A DNA stretch of 32,000 bases, from NCBI RefSeq assembly GCF_036323395.1, contig NZ_AP028907.1, positions 90,001-122,000 on the forward strand. Direction: 5' to 3'. The stretch's first letter is position 1. Each line of letters begins with the position of its first letter. Below the pieces are notes generated by a model. That model did not search any database. It was not told the DNA's origin and saw only the letters and a program-made list of their open reading frames with translations. The DNA comes from Pyrodictium abyssi (GTDB lineage Archaea; Thermoproteota; Thermoprotei_A; Sulfolobales; Pyrodictiaceae). The position numbers and the translations under genes were made by a program. Positions 19,263 to 26,767 of the stretch are shown here, piece by piece.

Positions 19263-19904
19263 ATGGTTATAGATGAGGCTGCACTACGTGCTGCTATAAC
19301 CGATGCCCTCCTCCGGTCAGCAGGGCTACCAACGCTAGCCGACGTTGAGAAAATGCTGTCCAAGGCCGAGAAGAGCACAACCGTAACCATAGTAGTCGAC
19401 GGCTCCAAGTACGGCAAGGCCGGGGCCGATCTAGTGGAGAAGCTCGTAGGTAAGTACGAGTCTGTAGAGGTAAAGGTGTCGGAGAAGACTAGCTGGCCCT
19501 CCGACCTACCTCCGCCCCTCATAGTGGTCGGAGGGGGTCTCGGCGGCCGTCTACTGTTCTACGGTGCTCCTGCAGACGTACTGTCGCCGATGTTCATGCT
19601 GGCTGTCGCGGCGTCGTGTGGAGCGTGGAGGCCTAGCAGCTGTAGCGGGCTGGAGGGGGCCCGTGGGAGGGCTAGGCTATACGTGGTGCCGGGTCTACCA
19701 TGCGCCCGCGCGATATACAATTCGCTGCATGTACTCTATTGCAGTAGGGCTGCGGAGCTGGAGATAGTTAACGTGGAGGGCTACTACGCGATGGGTAAGG
19801 AGCTCCCGGTGAAGCAGGTGCCAACGTTCGTATCGCCTAGCGGTAAGAGGCATACTGCTACGCCTAGGAGCCCTGCAGAAGTCCTCAGCTGGTGGAGCAG
19901 CTAG
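19263..19904 (+). CDS. Degenerate protein-disulfide-oxidoreductase/thioredoxin-fold-like protein (no CxxC)
   Basis: ORF 19188..19904 with likely ATG at 19263; RLLFYGAPADVLSPMF and VVPGLPCARAIYNSL...VKQVPTFVSPSGKRHT resemble the two halves of archaeal PDO. Confidence 0.5.
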   Translation: MVIDEAALRAAITDALLRSAGLPTLADVEKMLSKAEKSTTVTIVVDGSKYGKAGADLVEKLVGKYESVEVKVSEKTSWPSDLPPPLIVVGGGLGGRLLFYGAPADVLSPMFMLAVAASCGAWRPSSCSGLEGARGRARLYVVPGLPCARAIYNSLHVLYCSRAAELEIVNVEGYYAMGKELPVKQVPTFVSPSGKRHTATPRSPAEVLSWWSS

Positions 19905-20022
19905 CCCAATCACAGTGATTGTTTCCTGGACCTAGTTTCGTACTATACGCGACAATACAGATAAACGTTGGCAACGAGGACCCATCGTGAATGGATGAGT
20001 ATTCCCGCGGGGGTGCCGTGCT

Positions 20023-20268
20023 ATGGCGAGGGCAGAAGAGCTGGACCTCACGAAGCTGACCGCGCTCTGCGGCGACTTCAGTGTGCACATACTTGCTAAG
20101 CTGGAGGGCCTAGAGAAGGGCGATAGGCTTACCGTCAAGATAAAGAAGGAGGACCGTGAACTCCTAGAAGCAGCTATATCTGCTATAAGGGATGCTGGCG
20201 TAGCAGAGCCCATCGAGGAGGGTGAGGAGGGCGAAGCCTTCTACATAGTTCTCGAGAAGCGGAGGTGA
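20023..20268 (+). CDS. TusA/SirA-like small protein
   Basis: 81 aa; LDLTKLTALCGDFSVHILAKLEGLEKGDRLTVKI...AIRDAGVAEPIEEGEEGEAFYIVLEK; SD GGGGGTG upstream. Confidence 0.55.
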   Translation: MARAEELDLTKLTALCGDFSVHILAKLEGLEKGDRLTVKIKKEDRELLEAAISAIRDAGVAEPIEEGEEGEAFYIVLEKRR

Positions 20269-20278
20269 ATACGACTAG

Positions 20279-20899
20279 ATGTTTTCAGGCACCGAGCTAG
20301 TCTCTTTCACAGTAAGTTACGGTTTCGCCATATTCCTTGTCGCCGCGCTAGCACCGCTAGTCTACGTTGGGCTAGGAGGCACCCCTGGGTACCGGAACTC
20401 CCTTAGGACGACAATGAGGCTACTACGCAGCACACTCGCAGCCCCCATGCTGGAGCACCCTATGCCCCTAGTAGCCGCTATCGCATCACTATTCCATGCC
20501 AGCATAGTCATAGCGTTAGCCGCGCATCTAGTCCTGGCAGGTGCCCAGTGGAATGGAGGACTTTATCAGCTCTCGTCCACAGCCGTAGCGGCTATACTCT
20601 ACGCGAAGAGGACTGCCGCAGTGATTATCCTGTTCACCGCCCCAGTACTGCTTAGTGTCAGGCTCTACACCGGCGCTAGGTTTAGGCTTTTCAACTGGAA
20701 GCACGTCCTTCTCACTATAGGCGATCTGCTGCTACTAGTACTAGCGGCGACAGGGCTCATGATGCGAGGCAATACGGGCCTTCTCATAGCCCATGTGGCC
20801 ACCGGGCTTATCGCTGTAGCCTACTTCATCGTACTGCTCGCTGTGGGGCACCGTCTATACTCGCGGGCTCTAGCCGAGAACCGTGTACTCGAGGTGTAG
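20279..20899 (+). CDS. NarI/HdrE/DsrM-like membrane cytochrome b subunit
   Basis: 206 aa, multi-pass; paired His in helices: LFHASIVIALAAHLVLAG and LIAHVATGLIAVAYFIVLLAVGHRLY. Confidence 0.65.
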   Translation: MFSGTELVSFTVSYGFAIFLVAALAPLVYVGLGGTPGYRNSLRTTMRLLRSTLAAPMLEHPMPLVAAIASLFHASIVIALAAHLVLAGAQWNGGLYQLSSTAVAAILYAKRTAAVIILFTAPVLLSVRLYTGARFRLFNWKHVLLTIGDLLLLVLAATGLMMRGNTGLLIAHVATGLIAVAYFIVLLAVGHRLYSRALAENRVLEV

Positions 20900-21476
20900 C
20901 GTTACAATGCCCTCAAGGGCTCTGACGGCTGGTATACTCGTAGCCCTGCTGTCTGTAGCGATTCTACTAGCTCTAGACCGTATATACGCGAGCAAAGCCG
21001 CTACCACTGTGCCAGCAGCCTCAACCACCGCTACCAGCAGCCAGCAAGAGATCCATGGGAGAATAGTAGTTATACTAGGCACTGAGAGCTGCCCCCACTG
21101 CCGCGCTATGGAGGCATTCTTCCGGGAGGAGTTGCCGGGCCGGGCGTACTTCTGCGAGATAACGGAGAAGGGCTCTAGCTGTGAGGCTGCGTTCGGCCTC
21201 CTAGTCAGCAAGAGGGTTACAATGGCTGTACCCACTATGGTCGTCTGTGACACGGATAGGCGCGTCGTAGAGGGAATAATCATAGGAGAGTTCCGGGACG
21301 CTAAGTGGTGGAGAAACGTCCTCGAAAACGGTCTACCAGGAGGCAATGAGACCAGTATACCCGTGTACATGGTTGACCGGGTAACCGGTGCTATGGAGGT
21401 CGAGCCCAGGGCCATGGAGAAGCTCTATAGCGTGCTATGCAACGCTACTCTAGCTGATGCCAAGCCTCTAGGGTGA
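20883..21476 (+). CDS. Membrane-anchored thioredoxin-fold protein (CPHC), probably facing the exterior
   Basis: 197 aa; N-terminal hydrophobic anchor, VVILGTESCPHCRAMEAFF, MAVPTMVVC (cis-Pro region). Confidence 0.8.
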   Translation: MYSRCSVTMPSRALTAGILVALLSVAILLALDRIYASKAATTVPAASTTATSSQQEIHGRIVVILGTESCPHCRAMEAFFREELPGRAYFCEITEKGSSCEAAFGLLVSKRVTMAVPTMVVCDTDRRVVEGIIIGEFRDAKWWRNVLENGLPGGNETSIPVYMVDRVTGAMEVEPRAMEKLYSVLCNATLADAKPLG

Positions 21477-22150
21477 CGGTGGGCCGTATGGGCCTACTCG
21501 CAGAGCTTTTCACACTAGCAGCGCTCGATAGCATAAACCCATGCACATTCTACATCTATACAGTCCTCCTGCTCTCGGTCTCCATAAGAGAGCAGAGCAG
21601 CCGTGCAGTACTGGCTACCGGGTTAGCTTTTGTCGCTGGCGTCTACCTGGGCTACACGCTGCTTGGACTCGGAATCGCCGGGGCTGCCGCTGCGCTTCCA
21701 GTATGGCTTCTATCATTGGCAGCTGGGGGCTACGGCGCCTACACTATAGTTGCCGGGCTCTACGAGCTACGGGGGAGAAAGCGGCCCGGACCCCAGAGGC
21801 CTGGGGGCAAGCTGGCCCCAAGAGCTCTACGGGTCACGAGTAGGCTAGGCGCCTTCGGGCTAGGCCTGCTACTCTCGTTCACACTATTGCCGTGCAGTGG
21901 CGGCCCGCTAGTAGCCTTCGTGATGCTAGCTAGCGCCGAGGGCTACGGTGGGCTGCTCGTAGCTCCTCTTCTGCTGCTCTACAATCTAGTCTTCGTCTCA
22001 CCGCTGATAGCTATAGGCCTCGCAGCTGCTGCTGCCTACCGTGTAGAGCGGGTACAACAGGCGATAGCCCGTGCAGGCCCCTATGCCTCCATATTCGCAG
22101 GCCTTGCACTGATAGCCATTGCTGTCTATATCTATGTGCGGCCTGGCTAG
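21473..22150 (+). CDS. ccdA: CcdA/DsbD-type transmembrane thiol-electron transporter
   Basis: 225 aa; DSINPCTFYIYTVLL and LLSFTLLPCSGGPLVAF internal repeat; overlaps preceding gene by 4 nt. Confidence 0.85.
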   Translation: MTVGRMGLLAELFTLAALDSINPCTFYIYTVLLLSVSIREQSSRAVLATGLAFVAGVYLGYTLLGLGIAGAAAALPVWLLSLAAGGYGAYTIVAGLYELRGRKRPGPQRPGGKLAPRALRVTSRLGAFGLGLLLSFTLLPCSGGPLVAFVMLASAEGYGGLLVAPLLLLYNLVFVSPLIAIGLAAAAAYRVERVQQAIARAGPYASIFAGLALIAIAVYIYVRPG

Positions 22151-22226
22151 GCCCCGCATCCCGGGGTCGTTTCTACATGCCCAACTATACATGACGCGGG
22201 CTGGCACAGAGGGGCCCTAAGACCTG

Positions 22227-22505
22227 CTAGTATACTACCTTGTAGCGGCGGCCCTGGAGCCTGCCTACGAGGGCCTCGTATTCTCTCCTCCTCATGACCG
22301 TTACTATCTCTACGACCCTGCCCCGGGCCGCGTACACCACAGCTACGTCGTTTGAGCCTAGTGCTAGGTAGACGTCTTCCTCGCTATCGTAGACTATCTG
22401 TACTGGGTCCTCGAGCGCCTCGAGTACGTCGTCGAGGCTTACCCGCCTCTCCTCCATTCTTTCCCGTGCATGCTGGGAGACACGTAGGCTATACCACCAC
22501 GCCAT
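22227..22505 (-). CDS. DUF4258-like small protein (likely start at MAWWYSL, 22505)
   Basis: YSLRVSQHARERMEERRVSLDDVLEALEDPVQIVYDSEEDVYLALGSNDVAVVYAARGRVVEIVTVM. Confidence 0.7.
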   Translation of the reverse strand: MAWWYSLRVSQHARERMEERRVSLDDVLEALEDPVQIVYDSEEDVYLALGSNDVAVVYAARGRVVEIVTVMRRREYEALVGRLQGRRYKVVY

Positions 22506-22723
22506 GACCGGGGCCCAGGTGGAGCCAGCTGGCACCGGTGCCCTAAATAACGCGCCTCTTAACAGCGCCGCCGGACCCGCCGCGTGTGCGTCTATGCGCA
22601 TACACAGCATCGTGACTAGGCCTGGGAGCACCTATCCAGCCTAGATTCGGCCCCAGCGTAGGAGGCCAACGGGAGGTTCAAAGAAAATAGTATCCCCTGG
22701 AACATTGATGGACACGGCACACC

Positions 22724-23563
22724 CTATGCGGTGAAGCGGCCAGCGTTTACGCTGAGCACGTGGCCGGTTATCGCGCGCGACGCTGGCGTCGCTAGGAAGT
22801 ACACCGCCTCGGCTACGTCTTCGGGCTGTATTATCATGCGCAGAGGGTGTAGCTCTTCTATCTTCTTCCTCTTCTCCGGCGTATCGAGGAACGAGCGCAC
22901 CATGTCCGTCTCCACGAAGCTTGGTGCTACTGCGTTCACACGGATACCGTAGCTCGCCAGTTCTACTGCTAGGCGGCGGGTGAGCCCTATTACGCCCGCC
23001 TTCGACGCCGCGTAGGCCGCCGAAGCCGCTATGTTGCCCGTCTGCCCGGCTATACTCGCGATATTGACTATGCTGGCCCAGGGAGCCTTCTTCAGCATTG
23101 GTAGGAACGTCTTCGTGGCCAGGAAGACACCGGTGAGGTTCACCCGTATCACTTTTTCCCAGTCCTCTAGCCGGGTTTCCTCTATGCTCCCTACGTGGAA
23201 TACTCCCGCGTTGTTGACTAGCACGTTGAGGTGAGGCCACCTGGATTCGAGCTCGCGGTAGGCTTCCTCGAGGCTCCGCGGGTCGGAGACGTCCAGCTGC
23301 AGCACTATAGCCTCTGGCGCGCCTAGCCGGCGAGCCCTCTCCGCGACCTCGAGCGCCTGGTCGCGCCTACTATGGTAGGTCACCGCTACGGCATAGCCCT
23401 CTGAGGCGAAGCGTAGCACCACTGCCCTGCCTATGCCGCGGCTCGACCCCGTCACGAGGACGTATCCTGCCGGTTTTTCTTCCCGCTCAGCTTCTACCCC
23501 TGTAGCAAGCCTGGTGTAGCCTATCACGGGCGCATGTACGGCCATACTCCCTACCATCTTCAC
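22724..23563 (-). CDS. Short-chain dehydrogenase/reductase (3-oxoacyl reductase-like)
   Basis: VTGSSRGIGRAV, NVLVNNAGV, SAAYAASKAGVIGLTR (YxxxK), GHVLSVNAG. Confidence 0.93.
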   Translation of the reverse strand: MKMVGSMAVHAPVIGYTRLATGVEAEREEKPAGYVLVTGSSRGIGRAVVLRFASEGYAVAVTYHSRRDQALEVAERARRLGAPEAIVLQLDVSDPRSLEEAYRELESRWPHLNVLVNNAGVFHVGSIEETRLEDWEKVIRVNLTGVFLATKTFLPMLKKAPWASIVNIASIAGQTGNIAASAAYAASKAGVIGLTRRLAVELASYGIRVNAVAPSFVETDMVRSFLDTPEKRKKIEELHPLRMIIQPEDVAEAVYFLATPASRAITGHVLSVNAGRFTA

Positions 23564-23703
23564 GTAGTAGGGCCCCGGCCGCCCCCGGGGGTCTCCAGGC
23601 CCACAAGCTCTAGAGTAGAGATAGATATGGGTACTAGGCTACCCACTTATGGCCTGGAGGCTCTTGTGCCCCCAGGACGACCCGGAGAGCGCAAAGGCCT
23701 CCG

Positions 23704-24192
23704 ATGGTGCATAACGCTATGGACAGGTCCACCCACGTTGTGTTCGCTACAGGGTTTTCGACTGCTATGCTGTGGGGCCTCAATGCACCCCCGGGCGCAT
23801 TGTTCATAGTAATCCCGGTGGCCATCACGGCCTCCCTTATACCGGATATAGACCTCCACAAGGCACACCGGTCTCTACTACACAACATACCGGTTGCTGT
23901 TTCCCTAACACTACTAGTGTATGCAGCTGCTCTCACTAGTCTTCCCCAGGTACTCGCCGAGCTTGTGGCCCTAGGCTTCCTACTAGGCTATACTAGCCAC
24001 ATCCTCCTAGACATGTTCACGGTACGAGGAGTTGCCCTCCTCTACCCCCTCAGCCGTAGATTCTACAGACTAGCCAGGCTACGTAGCAACGACCCCCTAG
24101 CAAACAAGCTTCTACAGGCACTATCAGCCGCACTAGCAGCATATAGCGCAGCAGCAATGATGGGGCTCGTACCGGCTAAGCCAACACCGTAA
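23704..24192 (+). CDS. Membrane-bound metal-dependent hydrolase, YdjM/DUF457 family
   Basis: 162 aa; DRSTHVVFATGF, SLIPDIDLHKAHRSLLHNI, GYTSHILLDMFTVRGVALLYPLS. Confidence 0.85.
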   Translation: MVHNAMDRSTHVVFATGFSTAMLWGLNAPPGALFIVIPVAITASLIPDIDLHKAHRSLLHNIPVAVSLTLLVYAAALTSLPQVLAELVALGFLLGYTSHILLDMFTVRGVALLYPLSRRFYRLARLRSNDPLANKLLQALSAALAAYSAAAMMGLVPAKPTP

Positions 24193-24363
24193 CGCCGACA
24201 CACTCAGCACAGACCTAGGCTATAGCCACGAAGCCCCAGGACAGGATAACTGAGCCCGGGAACGAGGACCACCTGCTAGGAGATAGAGGCGAGAGCATCC
24301 TAGCCAGGCAAGTCGAAAAGCGTGGCTCTTGTTTGGCTAAAAACATGTTGAGGTATAGCGGGG

Positions 24364-25788
24364 TTACTGTAGACGCTCGCCTATGTAGGCTGCTATGTGC
24401 CTTACCTGTGTCTTTAGCCCGTATAGCTGCGCGCCGCCAGCTATGGAGTGCATGCAGACCGGACACGCCGTGACTACTATATCGGCGCCGCTCTTCTTGA
24501 TGTCGTCTATCTTCCTCTTCACGGCTATTGTCCAGTGCTCTGCTGTCTTCTGTATGAATTCTAGCTCCTTCTCTCCCGCTACGAGGTCCTTGCTGGAGAC
24601 GCCTAGTAGCTTGCCCATCTGCTCTAGCATCTCCATGTTCATACAGCCTATGCCTCCGCCGCCACCGCAGCAGTAGCTCTCAGCGCCGTGGTGCGGTAGC
24701 TTGCGGAAGCCCTTGCTAGCCGCGCTGAGTACGAAGTTGGGCTCCTCAGTTACGCCGCCGCGGCGTGCGAGCTGGCAGGGGTCGTGCCAGGTTACCTTGT
24801 CGTCGGTCTGGTTTAGCTTGAGCTTGCCCTCCTTTATCAGCTTCTCGAAGAGCTCCACTATGTGTAGTACACGGTAGCTCGGCCGGCGGCCTAGCACCTT
24901 GGGCATCTGGAACCTTAGCCACGGGTAGACGAACCCGCCGTCAAGGAGCACTACGTTCTTGGGCTCATACTTTGATATGTCTGCGTTAAGCATCTTTAGC
25001 ATCTCTCTGGCCTGCTTGAATAGGCCTATGACCGCTGCTATTGGCGGGCGGAATGCGAACGGCTTGCTCGGCAGCGTCCAGTCTACCCCGGCGCGGTCTA
25101 GCACCCTCATTGCGCCTATGACCGCGTCTGGGTAGAACATCGCGTCAGCCATGTTCACTAGGAGGAAGTACTCGGCGCCCTTCTTGTCGAATGGCAGCGG
25201 CTTGCCCAGCGCCTGCTCAGCCTTCTTCATTACCTCGTTCCATATGTACATGAAGCTGGGTATCTTGAGGAAGAGCTTCTCGCGCTCTATTACGTCGAAT
25301 ACAGCTATCAGCGTAGGCGCACGGCCAGACTTGGTGGCTATGCTGGCTAGTATACTCTTTATTATCGCGCCGCTATCGATACCGAAGGGGCATGATACGT
25401 AGCATGCACCGCAGTTGGTACAGCGGTAGACCGCCTCGACGATTGTATCTAGGTCTTTCTCGCTCTTGGGCTTCTTCGCGTTGAGCAGCGGGCCGAGCAG
25501 CTTACCTAATATAGTCGCCTCCTTTCTGTAGATGTTGCGTGCTAGCTCAGCCTTCTCTACCGGGCCGTACTTCTCGGATACATAGTAGTAGGGGCACGAT
25601 GGGGCGCACGCTGCGCATCCTACACAATTCTCGAGGAAGTGTAGCTTGACTGAGTCTAGTGTCGCTAAAGCCTCCTGTATAGTCTTCTCAACCCTGTCAG
25701 CCTGAAAGCCCTCCCACGATATGTTCCTCTTTATCTCCTCTAGCAGCTTCCTAACGTCGGGGCCTGGAGCCGCTTCCGCCACCAACAC
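24364..25788 (-). CDS. isp2: HdrD-like Fe-S subunit associated with [NiFe] hydrogenase (Isp2-like)
   Basis: 474 aa; CVGCAACAPSCPYYYVSEKYGP, CTNCGACYVSCPFGID, WHDPCQLAR, YCCGGGGGIGCMN, CPVCMHS. Confidence 0.9.
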   Translation of the reverse strand: MLVAEAAPGPDVRKLLEEIKRNISWEGFQADRVEKTIQEALATLDSVKLHFLENCVGCAACAPSCPYYYVSEKYGPVEKAELARNIYRKEATILGKLLGPLLNAKKPKSEKDLDTIVEAVYRCTNCGACYVSCPFGIDSGAIIKSILASIATKSGRAPTLIAVFDVIEREKLFLKIPSFMYIWNEVMKKAEQALGKPLPFDKKGAEYFLLVNMADAMFYPDAVIGAMRVLDRAGVDWTLPSKPFAFRPPIAAVIGLFKQAREMLKMLNADISKYEPKNVVLLDGGFVYPWLRFQMPKVLGRRPSYRVLHIVELFEKLIKEGKLKLNQTDDKVTWHDPCQLARRGGVTEEPNFVLSAASKGFRKLPHHGAESYCCGGGGGIGCMNMEMLEQMGKLLGVSSKDLVAGEKELEFIQKTAEHWTIAVKRKIDDIKKSGADIVVTACPVCMHSIAGGAQLYGLKTQVRHIAAYIGERLQ

Positions 25789-25825
25789 TATTCACCCCAT
25801 GAACATGTGTCACGAGCATGAGGGG

Positions 25826-26638
25826 TTAGACGAGGCCCTTCTGTACACGGAGGTCGTACCATTCGTGTAGCTTTCCGTACCAGTAGCCGAACACGAAGTG
25901 CCAGTACTTGCTGAAGGGTATCAGCATTAGCAGTATCTCGGCACCGAGTATGTGGAAGCCCAGCACTGTTCTGTAGGTGCCTACGTCCATTGTGACTGTT
26001 CCTGTAGAGTGCCTGGCTGCTGCGTAGCCTGTTAGCAGTATGAACATTAGCAGGCCTAGCGAGAAGTAGTCGCTCCACCTTACGTGGCGGAGCCCGTGGG
26101 CCTGCTCCATCACCTTAGTGCCTATCTTGAACGCTACACCGAGTATAGCTAGTATGGCTAGCACGTCACCGTTGAGTATCACTGTTAGCGGGCCCCAGAT
26201 GCTGTTGACGAACTTAACCTCTATTGGCGAGGTTATGGTTAGGGTTGAGGTTGTCACGCTCAGCGGTATCCATAGCCCAGTCTCTGCTACTAGCTTGTAT
26301 GGTGCGAACCAGTAGGCGAAGAACGCTACATGGTGTGCTAGCAGGAATATTAGGGGTAGCACGCCTACGATGTGTAGTGCTACTAGGCCTGCTAGGAAGT
26401 CGTGTGGCTTCGCCTTCATGCTGAATATTATGGGGTCTACGAATGTTCTTACAAGCCCTATTATCCATGCTCCTACTCCGCGGTTGCGCGGCTCAGCCTT
26501 CACTACGCGGCGCCAGAGAAGCACCATCTTGGCTAGCCTGTAGGCGGTGCCGAAGGCGAATACTGTTATCGCTACCCAGAAGAAGTAGTATACTGCGAAG
26601 CTGTAAACATCCGCAGTACTACCGCCCAAGTACCCCAT
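25826..26638 (-). CDS. isp1: Hydrogenase-associated membrane cytochrome b (Isp1/NarI-like)
   Basis: 270 aa, multi-pass; VLGFHILGAEILLMLIPFSKYWHFVFGYW; lies between isp2 and hydrogenase small subunit. Confidence 0.88.
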   Translation of the reverse strand: MGYLGGSTADVYSFAVYYFFWVAITVFAFGTAYRLAKMVLLWRRVVKAEPRNRGVGAWIIGLVRTFVDPIIFSMKAKPHDFLAGLVALHIVGVLPLIFLLAHHVAFFAYWFAPYKLVAETGLWIPLSVTTSTLTITSPIEVKFVNSIWGPLTVILNGDVLAILAILGVAFKIGTKVMEQAHGLRHVRWSDYFSLGLLMFILLTGYAAARHSTGTVTMDVGTYRTVLGFHILGAEILLMLIPFSKYWHFVFGYWYGKLHEWYDLRVQKGLV

Positions 26639-26767
26639 TAACCTGCCACCTCACCCTTCCATCCCATACAGTAGTACACGGTACGCTCCACAACTGTTAT
26701 GGACACAGCCCTAGGGCGCTAGGCTGGGGCAAAAAGCCCGGATACTACGCGGCTCTTGCAAGCCTCT

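Noticed and set aside
23593-23659. CTCCAGGCC / GGCCTGGAG inverted repeat between SDR and DUF457 genes
   Set aside because: The 9-bp arms are 49 nt apart and the flanking similarity is not collinear; probably chance in GC-rich sequence.
23534-23936. ORFs 23534..23809 +, 23634..23936 - and 23647..23868 - around the SDR/DUF457 boundary
   Set aside because: They overlap the well-supported DUF457 gene or the intergenic gap; no recognisable protein and atypical composition.
24215-24466. 83-aa minus-strand ORF downstream of isp2, considered as a possible large-subunit remnant
   Set aside because: It contains no RxCGxC or DPCxxC motif and overlaps the end of isp2 in another frame.
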